Assembly (NCBI GenBank): GCA_004764695.1
Contig: SMSO01000008.1
Coordinates: forward strand, 806,001-870,000
DNA length: 64,000 nucleotides
Reading direction: 5' to 3'
From: Schizochytrium sp. TIO01
Lineage: Eukaryota > Protista > Bigyra: Labyrinthulomycetes
In this document: piece by piece, positions 53,841-64,000 of the stretch
Layout: each line of letters begins with the position of its first letter
How positions within the stretch are numbered: the stretch's first letter is position 1
Notes under the pieces: model-generated
What the model saw: only the letters and a program-made list of their open reading frames with translations
Told to the model about the DNA's origin: nothing
Databases searched by the model: none
Translations under genes and position numbers: made by a program

Positions 53841-56800
53841 GATAGACTGACATGATCCAGACGATAATAGGCCAGTCTAGATAGCCAGCCATACAAACTC
53901 AGATAGCCATACAAACTCAGGGAAGTTTGGTTGCCATGAACGAAAATGTAAGTGACGTTGGGTAGAGCTAGCTTTCGATTTTCTCTTGTATGTTCATCTA
54001 TCGAGCTTCTCACACTTCTTATATCTCCTAAATCAGACATCTTGATTACTTACCAGCATAATTGCTGATTACAATTGAAGTGTAATTAACGCAGTTAAAA
54101 CTCCATCAAACTACAGTCTAAGTTCCTGCGACTAGCCAGAAGAGAAGAGTGATTCTTTTACTTCTAAGTTCCTACAACTCAGGATACAGTTTTTTCAATC
54201 TGCTTGTCATTTTTAAATTAATTCACGCTCAAAACACAACAAGGCCAGCCTGATGCCCAAAACATCAAAAGTTGTGCATAGAATTTTGGATACCGTGTGA
54301 CTTTTTTAGCTTTGAAACCATGTTGGTTCGCACTGGCCTTCTTGAGCGGCTGCGTCAAATAACATTCTGACTAGTGCACGAACCACAAACAAGAAACAAA
54401 CAAGAAGATAGCCACTAGAGCGAACTTACCCGCCAGCATTCACACAGCAGTTTCACTCTTCTCTTCCATAGCGACACAGATTCTGAAGTGAAGGTTGAAT
54501 TACAAAGTGCGATAGAACGGAGGTGGAAGAATACTAGTACCTCGTCGTTTTCAAGGTCGTAAGATGATGAACCTAAATTACCCGTTGTGGGTAGATAGTA
54601 CAGAGGCTTGTACGTGATCTACGATGACCCCGGAAGGGCTTGGTCTAGCACATGTCTTGTCAGATTGGCACCGCAATGGATGTTTAAACAGCCTGCGAGC
54701 CTCATCTCTGCTTCATTTATGTCATTTCTGCACTCATCAAGAAAAGGCCCTTTAATAACTGTGATAGGCAGTTTAGGAACCTACCTACCTGATAGTGCGA
54801 TTAAAGAAGATTTTCTTTTAGATTTCTACATAGACTGAGTTTTAGCTCGAATAAAAGGTAGAAAGTGTAGCGTAAGTAATAAAGAAAGCACTGCCTACCA
54901 TACCATAATAGGCTAATATTGAAAGAATGTTCTTTATAGGCTATAAATCAGATTTATTATTTTTTTAACATAATGATAAACCACCAAAAAGGAACTCCAA
55001 AGAACTGTGGTCTCCGACTCCGCGCCAGGTCAGTTTGCACGAGACAGCTACAAGCTTGCGGAACGGTGCAATTGTGCAATTGCGATAAGCAAGTTTGTAA
55101 GCAATGGTAGCGAGGGTCAGACCTGAAGTAACAGCCATAACATTCCCTTACTTGTACTTTTTCGCACCAGCTTTACTGGACTTAGTTCGCTCCACCAGCA
55201 ACCGCAAGTCAGATTCTGCTCACTCTCGCTCCCACTCACTACTATAGAAGTGGGAGAACCCCTTTTGCTTTTACTTAGATCAAAGTTGAATTTGCTAGAG
55301 TTTACTTCTGCTCACATTTCTGGTTGACACAGCCCATTCTGTATCTGTTTGAGTATGACGTTGAGTTTTTGAGAACTTATCTGGTAGGGATAGATGACCT
55401 TGCAATATTGGATGAGAAGAAGGAGGAAAGCAAAACTTGTGTTCAAGCTAGCTAGATCTTAGAAGGAAGATTCACCTTTGCAAAATATACCCTTATAAAG
55501 AACAAAGATCGGTCACTCTTTTCGGAGAAATATGACAGTACTAGACACAGAATCTCTATTGTTTTGTTGCAGGACAACCACAATATAGTTTGAAATGGAA
55601 AGAACAATCGCGAACGATTCCAACCGCTAGTAGTCTCTTTTTGGATGCTTCAAACCTCAGAACCTCTAGCTGTGCGGATTGAAGGACAAACCTCATCGAT
55701 ATGCAACAGGGTTGATCAAGCCTGATCATGGAACATCAAGCGAGTGTAGTAGTGCATGTAGGATTATGTGGTATAACCTTGAAAAACTCCCATTGACGTT
55801 TCCACTTATATGCACAGTTTTTAATGCTGAGTAAATTGTCTACACTGGTGAGAGAATCTCAAGAAAAGTAGCAAAGAGCTGATTATGGGGGTGCAGTTCA
55901 GATAATCGTGCAGGGTTTAGATAGCACAAATAGGTAGATTGTTGGAGCGAATTGGACGCTTTGTATGTCAAACAAAATATGCGCTGATGACGAAGTGCAA
56001 GTAAGCATTAAGGCATGGTATCGATTATCATTTTACAGCGAAGGATTTAAAACTATCATTCTATGAAGACGCCACTCTTTTAATAAGTTTCATCGTCAAA
56101 TTACGCTATACTCTCAGGATCTTTAGGCAACACATATCGAAACTTCATCGACATTAGTGTTTATATTGTGTACTTGTAACTTTTCGTGCGTTTTCTTGTT
56201 TTGTTTTCCTAATCACCAACATAAATAGACTATCTATGCACACTCTTCAATAGGTTTCACTGCAAGACTCTTCGTATATTTCATTTATGCACTTGTTCTT
56301 CAAAACTTTACAATATGAGACTTTTTTACGAACCCGGGAAGGTCGTAATAGAAACACAGGAAATATTGGTGGGGGTTAGTGTGTCAGGGGATAGTAATGT
56401 AGTAAATAGAGACGAAATCATCTTCCAAAACATCGTACAAGGAATGTGGCAACTTACAGAAACTCGCAACGGCTAGCCTATACCATTTCTATTATGCGCA
56501 AGTTGCCAAGTTTTGCAATAATAAACCGGTGGTATACCCACCGTCAAAGCACGTGGTTTGAAGGCCTCTCTGTTATATCATTTATCATCAGACATTTGTA
56601 AAGAGTTTAAATATTGAAGATGAGTAAATTGCGTATCTTAAATTTTGTGTGTTCAAAGTAAGCCCCAAGTAGAAACCTGATCTTCGGGCTTGACTCGAGA
56701 AACTTCACAATAGAAGGTTTTAAGAAAACGCTTTTTGCTAAATGGAGAGCGCCAACAACCAGCTGAAATTTTGCTAAAATTTGAATTCATTTCCAGAGTG

Positions 56801-57789
56801 TTGAAGGAGTCGGAAACCAAAGACGAGGCGTAAGTACAATGAACTATACAAAAATCTCCAAAAGTTGTACGTAGCTTAGAATTAAATCTGTGTTCCAAAC
56901 TTCCGGAAGAGCATTCAGCACGGAGAAGGGACCTTGTTGGATCTAAACAATTCTATTGGTATGAAATTACAATATTTTGCTGCAGTTTCTTTATAAAGGG
57001 AACCGACTAGTCAAGCTAAGACATTGTAATATGAGGTAGAATAGAGGTCCATGAGGACGGACGATTGTTTGTTACCCTAGAGTATGGATGAACCGAGGAG
57101 ATGCGTTGGCATGCTTGCCTTATGATCTCGTTCCATGCTTATAGAAGGAGGACTTTCGGACTTTGGCCCCTCCTGACAGTTTTACTATTACCTGAGATCC
57201 GTGCACGAGGTTCTTGAAGTTTTAGGGCTAGTTGAGAAAACGCACCGTGAACCTAGAGAAAATGTGTTTCAACGTTTCACATTTAAATTTGATGATGGTA
57301 TCAGTACGTAAAAATATAAACGCACAACTTAAATAGATGCAAAGCTCTCATCACATAGCATTTAAATTTTCTTCCAGCAGTTAATTTCTATTTGATGATA
57401 CTGGACCTACTCAGCAACAAACATACTGAAGTCCCAGTTAGAAACATGAAATTTATTCATTCTACCTCTTGAAACAAATTCTAAGGTGGGTTGATTCATG
57501 TCGAAGATGTGCTTTGTACAAAACATAACTTTAAAATTCAGTATTCTTATCTTCTCCACCATTAACCAAATTTTGGTTATCGGAATTCTCTCAAAGATAT
57601 TATTTATTTCTAGCCCTCAAGTCTTTTGTATTTACAACCACGTATTTTTTTTGGCCTAAATATAATTGTTTAAAATCAGGGATTTTAAGTGTCTGCCACG
57701 GATACTCTGGCAATCGTTTATCTACGTGATCTTTCGATTGAAGATTTCAAGAATGACGACAAATTAACCTGTAAGTCTACCTGTAGAAA

Positions 57790-58800
57790 TTAGGGGAAAT
57801 TGTGTGGACTTAGAAGTGCGAGAATTGAGCATACACTGTAAAAGATAAAAGCAAAGAGTATGAGCACGAAGTCTTGCATATGATTTATTGTGTTGACATT
57901 GAGGTTCATAAATGGCGGAACAGTAAGGTAAAACTTACTGATCAAGGTTTTAGTGATCCTTTGTTCTCCCAAGGCTATCTTCAAGTATTATTTAGAATAC
58001 TACTTAAAAAATCCTTCTGCATTATAAGCGAAGTTTAATTTTTTGATCAGCTAGGCGCTGCCTGGTAAAATGGAAGGCGGGGTGCTGGAAAGTTCTTTGA
58101 GAGGACTTAAAAATCTTTTCAATTCTTATTCACTTAAGGGCTTACGATATGATGACCTTTGAAAAATAAATATTTTGGTGATTTTGTCCATACTAAATTT
58201 AGCTGGCTCATAAGATCAATGTGATCTACAGTACGCAATTTGATCATATGGATATACTTAGTCTCCTCGACCACAGATTCAGATTTAAATTTTATAGTCA
58301 ATAAGTGTCTACACTTGAGTATCTTAAATCTCTATGTATAATGAACAGTCGAAATTAAAACACCAGCAAGAGATCAAATGAAATCTAAGTTACCTCAATC
58401 AAAGCTGTGCAAGACAGGTTAGATCTTGTGCGTTGGAATCAGAGGCCTGATGATTCTCAACGCCCATGTTGTAGATGTACTGAGACACAGGTACATTTGA
58501 TTTTTTTTCTCATATTTCAACAAAATGCTTGTTCGTGGTAAAAATTTCACATGTACCTTGAATAACCGCATTGATGCTTTCAATAATAAAATTTCAAGAC
58601 TTTAAGGATTTGAGAACAAGGTACAACCCATCAACAAGTTCAATTTTGAATGACAGCAATTAACTTCGAAAGACAAAAGTAAATTCATGATTACAAAACA
58701 TCGGGAGATAAAAACCGCTGGTAGGAAAGCGAACACAACAATAGACAGCAGCGGGAAACGGGGATGATAATGTCGCCAGATATGCGACAATGAGTAGAGA
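57790..58800 (-). pseudogene. Possible decayed 7TM remnant (TM1-like and TM7-like fragments)
   Basis: LFAFIFYSVCSILALLSPH resembles LFVSICIFFSTVSCAILVVGSR; CLLLCSLSYQR resembles LLICFVLLITYRR. Confidence 0.35.
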
Positions 58801-58865
58801 AAGGTGAAATAGAATTGGTTGGTGGAATCAGATGATGAACCGTTGATCTCGGCGAGGAGAGCATT

Positions 58866-61298
58866 TTACAGCGGAACATTGACAATAGCGTGGCTGGATG
58901 AAGCGTGCTCACTGCTGTTAGCCACCAAGCTGCTAGTGTTGACAATGACATCAACCGGGAGGTTGCGCCAGGCAGCGTAGAGACGTGTACCCACAACGAG
59001 AAGCGCACAAGACACAGTGCAAAAGAAGACACAGACGGAGACAAAGAGAGCCTTGAGAACTGGACTAATGCCATCAGTAAACACCACAAAAAGACAGAAA
59101 GCAGTGAGAATGGCAACGTTGTAGTTGGAAAAAAGCATAAACTTTGCCTCACGGAAGATAAGGCCCTTGAAGTTGCGCGTCTGGTTGGCAGTAACACAGC
59201 TAATAACAACAGTAAGGTAGCAAATGCAAATAATAAGCATAAGGACAATGTTGTTGGACGGGCAGATCGTTTCTGTAACGTTGTATTCAGAATCGGCAAT
59301 TTCAGTCTCGGGGGTAAAACCAGCTACAAAGTACCAGATAATGAACCAAGCTGTGCAGAAGAGAAGAGCAGTTGTGATCTCGTAACGCAAGAAGAACGTA
59401 GCATTCTTTGTTTGGCGCTTGTTCAACATGTATTTGCTGTTCATGAGAGCAACGATAGTAAACTGCTTGATGAGGAGGGTACCGACAAAGATAAAGAAGC
59501 CATAGAGCATGAAGGTAAAGCGCAGGCCACACTTGTAGGGCTCAGGCACACCAATTTCAAACACACACGAGATGTTAAGAAGGGTGGATCCAAAGAGAAG
59601 AAGCGAAAGGGTTTTGTGACGCGCAGTGCGGACTGCAGCATGCGTGCGGTAGACAGCCATGCCAATAAGAAGGAGCATGAAAACAACGCAAGCGATCACA
59701 CACAGAGCTACAATAACAGCACGTTCGGAGCTATCGGATGGGACGTAGGCACAGTCGATGACTTCTACAACAGTAGTGTTAAACTGTTTAGTGGTCCAGC
59801 GTGATTTGTAGGTAGAATAGGAGCGCTCGTCAGTACAATAGCTTGGGTCAACATCGATAGTCACAGCGCCATCGTCAAGATAGGCAGAATTGTTATACAG
59901 CGCAACCACATCACGAGTACCATCAGATTTGCATGGGCACGCGATCATAGAAGCTTCAAGAGTTTCATCCATCCACATTTCACCAGAGTAGTCATCCTCA
60001 ACAGCTTCAACCCAGTCAGACCATGTGCTGTTGTTTTCCTTAATCCAATTGCATGTAATTTCTAGGAGGGAGGCAGAGGTGTTCATGAACGCCCAAAGCA
60101 TCGCTTCCTGCTGTGAATTAGCAGAGTAGCTGAACGAATTGACAAAGGTCGCAGCATCAGGTTTGTCACTAGCAAAAGCTGCAGAATACGCTTTAGCAAG
60201 GTAATCGCCTTCGTAACCACAGGAAGCATTGCCATAGGACTCATCGGTAATACACTCAGGGGAACTAACAGGGAGGAGGACATATGTTAGATCATATTCT
60301 TGAAAGATTCCATGAGGTTTCCAAAAGTACATCAAAAGAGGTGTCTCGTTCTCAAACGAGTCGTAAATCGCCTGAACAGAATTGTACTCGGATCCGGAAT
60401 ACTCAACAGAGAGGTAGAGTTCATTTTGTTGGATAATTGAATAATCATGCTGGGACCAGTCAACAAGACCACCGAGAAAACGGCCACCATAGGTGTCAAT
60501 TTTCGTGTCTGGGGCAGCATCACAGTAGGTAGAATTCAGGATTGCACTGTTAGGATTGCCGCCATCAACTACTGAACCCATGCAAGGAAGTCTATCTGCG
60601 GACATGGTGGAGATATCACTTAGGCAGCAGTAACGTTGGGAATCGCTATCTTTGAAAAGGTCAGTGCTCGTGGTACTGTTGAGGTTACGCCAGTATTCAA
60701 GAGTAATGTTTTCCTGACCTTGTGTCATCCAAGATGGGATGTACCAACCGATACGTCCTTCAAGTCCATTCTGGCCACCTGAGAGAACAGTTCCATCTTC
60801 AACAATGAACTTCTGGACGTTTTCGGCATGGCCAGAAGGCCAGTATTCGAGGCACGCATCGAGGACTCCCTCGTCCATTTTCTCCCAGTAGCCTGCTTCA
60901 AGCAAGGTTCCATTGCTAGCGTAGGTTCCCTGCTCCATTTCTGTGCCACTGTAGGATGTAAAGTTAACGATAGAGGCGTTGGTTTCTACAGGGTAGCCAA
61001 GGAACTCCTCAATAAAAACCTTGGCAACAAAGAGGTTGACGAAGCTGCCGGTCCAGGAGCTTGCGCCAATTTTTACTGCGCAGGGATATGTGCCGTCCTC
61101 ATCAGGTTCACATCGGAATCCTCCATATTTGTTTGTCCACTCAGTTCCAAAGCAGCAGTTAGCTTCATCTGCAGCACACGAGTACTGGTAGGCGCTAGTC
61201 AAGTTGACTGCTTGTGCGCTTTGTGGAGTCAAGCTGGCGATGACAGCGAGCGCGAGCACGGCAACTGCACGCATTGTCTTGGGTTGTTTGGCATCCAT
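58866..61298 (-). CDS. OpuAC-like/class C GPCR fusion receptor (paralog 4)
   Basis: Same motif set; FREAKF; first ATG at 61298 gives MDAKQPKTMRAVAVLALAVIA signal peptide. Confidence 0.87.
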   Translation of the reverse strand: MDAKQPKTMRAVAVLALAVIASLTPQSAQAVNLTSAYQYSCAADEANCCFGTEWTNKYGGFRCEPDEDGTYPCAVKIGASSWTGSFVNLFVAKVFIEEFLGYPVETNASIVNFTSYSGTEMEQGTYASNGTLLEAGYWEKMDEGVLDACLEYWPSGHAENVQKFIVEDGTVLSGGQNGLEGRIGWYIPSWMTQGQENITLEYWRNLNSTTSTDLFKDSDSQRYCCLSDISTMSADRLPCMGSVVDGGNPNSAILNSTYCDAAPDTKIDTYGGRFLGGLVDWSQHDYSIIQQNELYLSVEYSGSEYNSVQAIYDSFENETPLLMYFWKPHGIFQEYDLTYVLLPVSSPECITDESYGNASCGYEGDYLAKAYSAAFASDKPDAATFVNSFSYSANSQQEAMLWAFMNTSASLLEITCNWIKENNSTWSDWVEAVEDDYSGEMWMDETLEASMIACPCKSDGTRDVVALYNNSAYLDDGAVTIDVDPSYCTDERSYSTYKSRWTTKQFNTTVVEVIDCAYVPSDSSERAVIVALCVIACVVFMLLLIGMAVYRTHAAVRTARHKTLSLLLFGSTLLNISCVFEIGVPEPYKCGLRFTFMLYGFFIFVGTLLIKQFTIVALMNSKYMLNKRQTKNATFFLRYEITTALLFCTAWFIIWYFVAGFTPETEIADSEYNVTETICPSNNIVLMLIICICYLTVVISCVTANQTRNFKGLIFREAKFMLFSNYNVAILTAFCLFVVFTDGISPVLKALFVSVCVFFCTVSCALLVVGTRLYAAWRNLPVDVIVNTSSLVANSSEHASSSHAIVNVPL

Positions 61299-62195
61299 GG
61301 TTCTTTCTATGGAAATTAATATTCTGTCTATACACGAAAACAAAAGCTTGTGGGGATCGGGCGTGTCCTCTTCCCCCAGCCGGCAGATGAGCGAGCTTTC
61401 AACTGCACGAGATCCGCCACGCAAGATCAGCGTAGAAGAACCACTCTCAAGTGCAATGTAATATATTTATATCCCTGTGAACGATTACAAGCCCAAGAAG
61501 ATGGCTTCCTCCAAAATCAATCAATCGATCTGCAGCGCACCACAACCGGGTCCGCTTGGCGTGTCTTATCTATCGCCTGCTTGCCTCTCTGTTGCCTTCC
61601 AGCGAGCGCAGCAGCCTCGCTCTGAGTCCTTCGCGAGGGGCGAGTGAGTGATGTTGTGAGTTTTGGGTTTGGACTTGCTCGGACTCGCTCCCGAGCCATC
61701 TCCTAAGACCCTCTTAATGTTTCCTACCAAAGTCCGCGTGTCTTCTTTTTTCCCTTTCTTTTCATTCCCACGTCAACAAACAATTTTTAAGTTTTAGTTT
61801 CCTAGCTATTTACTTAAATCTATTAAATTGAAGATTGATAAAAGCACTTTTAAAAAGAAAATAGGAAATCAATAATAAGAGTTTTTACTCACTTCGAAAC
61901 TATTCAACTTCGGGATGAAAACTGCATCACAAAAGCATTTTTCACTTTTCTTCTTGTTGCTACTTTATATAAATAATGTGCCCTAGTATTCCAGGTGAGC
62001 AAATTTACACATTCAATCAAGATCAAGCCATGAGCTTCCGACTGGGCAGTCAGTAGCAAGCACTAGATATATCGTCCTTCCCTTTATTATTTATTTTACA
62101 ACTTGAATGAGAAAGTTTCTTGGGCTTCTTCCGAGACTTGAAAAAGCGGATCGTCACTCGCAGGAACAATTAATAGTTCGATCACTCTATCTCAT

Positions 62196-62232
62196 TTATT
62201 ATTATTATTATTATTATTAATTTATTTATTTA
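62196..62232. repeat. (TAT)n/(ATTT)n microsatellite
   Basis: Direct read. Confidence 0.85.
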
Positions 62233-63666
62233 TCTATTCTTCTCTTATAAAGAGAGAGTGAAAGAAACAAAAGCACTTGTAAACAAGTTTTTACAGCAAC
62301 AACAATACATTATCCATTACCTGGCAACATAAAAGACGCGGAGGCGAGGCTGCTCTATGCGTGCTTTTGACAACCGCTCATCATACATTGGCCTTCACGC
62401 AGCCATGTGTGAGCCTTGGATTTCTCACGTTTATTCATTTCAAGAAAGGGAACGGGAAAGAGAAAAAAGCTGCAGGGCAAAAATGGGAATGGAGTTTACT
62501 TTCGTAACTTGATCTGGCGACGCCTTCCTTTCACTCTTTTAAAGAATGTCTTTTAAATTGAATTTTGACAATAATAATAACACCAACACTTCAGTAATAA
62601 CGAAATGAATAGCAGAATAAATTAAGAAAACAAGAAGAAGAGGACCAACATTCCTCCTTCAAGTTCCTTCGCAGACTCTCACTACCAAAAGCCAAACAAA
62701 ACTCAAGACAAGAGCAAACGTGCGGGAACGGAGACACTAAAGTAGCCACCTACGCCTCCAGCATCTCAAGCAAGCTTTTAAAAAAACACCCCTTTAGAAG
62801 AAAGGCAGTTCTTCGGACCACAGATGATCTTCAAGTTATCAAAGAATTGGTTGATTTATCGTCTAATGCGACGTTTGTTTGTTTCTTCTTCTTTTTTCTT
62901 GTTTCGCACACTTTGCGTCTCTTTATGATGATTGTAAAGTGTTTTTTGTTTTCTTTTGTTTTTTCGGAGGCACACTAAAACACCCTGCTTGCTTGGCTTG
63001 GTAGGACTCCTTATCGCACCGCTAGCGCACGCATGTGTGAGAGAGTGTGCATGTGTCTCCTCCTGCTATCCATTTCCACTCCTCGAAGCCTTTGTTGCTG
63101 TCGATGCTTTGTCCGCGTACAAAATATGGTCTCAGGCTGAAACCTAAGTCTCTGGCATGGTCTAAAAGCCGCGCTTATTGTTCTGGTCGGTCTGGCTGAA
63201 GGGCAGAGACTAGAGTACGCGCGGGTCGATCGGCGATGACCCAGAGTTTTTCACATCGAAGAGATAGTCATGACTTGATTTGTGTTGCTTTTTTCCTTTT
63301 CCTTTTCCTTTTCTTTTTCTTTTTCTTTTTCTTTTTTTAATTAAAAAGGTTTCTTCTTCAGAACGATGATGGAAGATTTAGCATTGGTTAGAATAAAAAT
63401 AGATTGTGCAAGCACTCTTAAGCGTTTGCTACTGGGGCATAGTGTCTTCAGATTGAAAGTTAGTTTTCAGTCCTCAGAGATGAAAGAATGGTACCTACTA
63501 AAAAGTCGAGGAAGCGGCCCAATCCAGGCCATCATGAACTGTAATCATCGTGAACCACGTGCAGATGAAAGATGGCCACGACCCATAAATAATCATGAAC
63601 GATAGTGGTGGTCGAGCCACTGTTCTGCGCGTTCCGCATTGACGTAGCGGACGGCTCGTCGGCCTT

Positions 63667-63669
63667 CAT

Positions 63670-63710
<41 letters not shown>
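63667..63710. repeat. (CAT)n(CAG)n compound microsatellite
   Basis: Direct read. Confidence 0.9.
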
Positions 63711-64000
63711 TCGTGGCTACCAGTCTTTTATTGAAAAGCGATTGTAAAAGTGCTGTGGATGGTGGCAGAAGAATAAGTTCCTGCACACCATAGACTGCGT
63801 AGCTCCATCTCGCGACACAATTGCAGCTGCATTTCGCTCGTAGAGTTTATAACATACTTAAAGGGAGTGAACACACGTGCAGTGCAAACGAACTGATAAT
63901 AATCATGGTCATACTTGGGTAGGTTGCAGGTAGTGATTCTTCTTTTTATTTGATGCTGCCGACGATAATGATGATAGTGATGAGGAGGAGACTATTATCA

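Noticed and set aside
58691-59804. 299-aa plus-strand and 202-aa minus-strand ORFs
   Set aside because: Antisense or out-of-frame shadows of receptor paralog 4
1-64000. tRNA or rRNA genes
   Set aside because: No cloverleaf or rRNA signature recognised; tRNAscan-SE/Infernal would be needed to exclude them

Overview
Eukaryotic (protist-like, intron-poor) genomic DNA carrying an approximately 25 kb gene-dense island (about 5.9-30.8 kb) that looks like an endogenised large dsDNA virus segment. The island encodes TBP, TFIIB, a DEDDh exonuclease, a 1503-aa protein with a cysteine-protease-like domain, a heliorhodopsin, a PD-(D/E)XK-type endonuclease, a RuvC/A22-like Holliday junction resolvase, a membrane-anchored metzincin and several orphans. 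This gene set fits Mirusviricota or Nucleocytoviricota; no capsid or polymerase gene is visible to decide between them. Inside the island sit two copies of a cassette: a degenerate ~80-100 bp repeat array, then a 247-bp identical promoter block, then a protein with a mitochondrial-presequence-like N-terminus, coiled coil, Crinkler-type restriction-endonuclease-fold domain and kinase. Copy 2 has a decayed P-loop NTPase gene on the other side of its array. Host flanks encode an ADA2/ADGF adenosine deaminase and four paralogous receptors that fuse a glycine-betaine-type (OpuAC/ProX-like) binding domain to a class C GPCR 7TM domain; decayed 7TM remnants lie downstream of three of them. A labyrinthulomycete/thraustochytrid host is my inference, not shown directly. 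All family calls come from motif recognition by eye; no searches were run.
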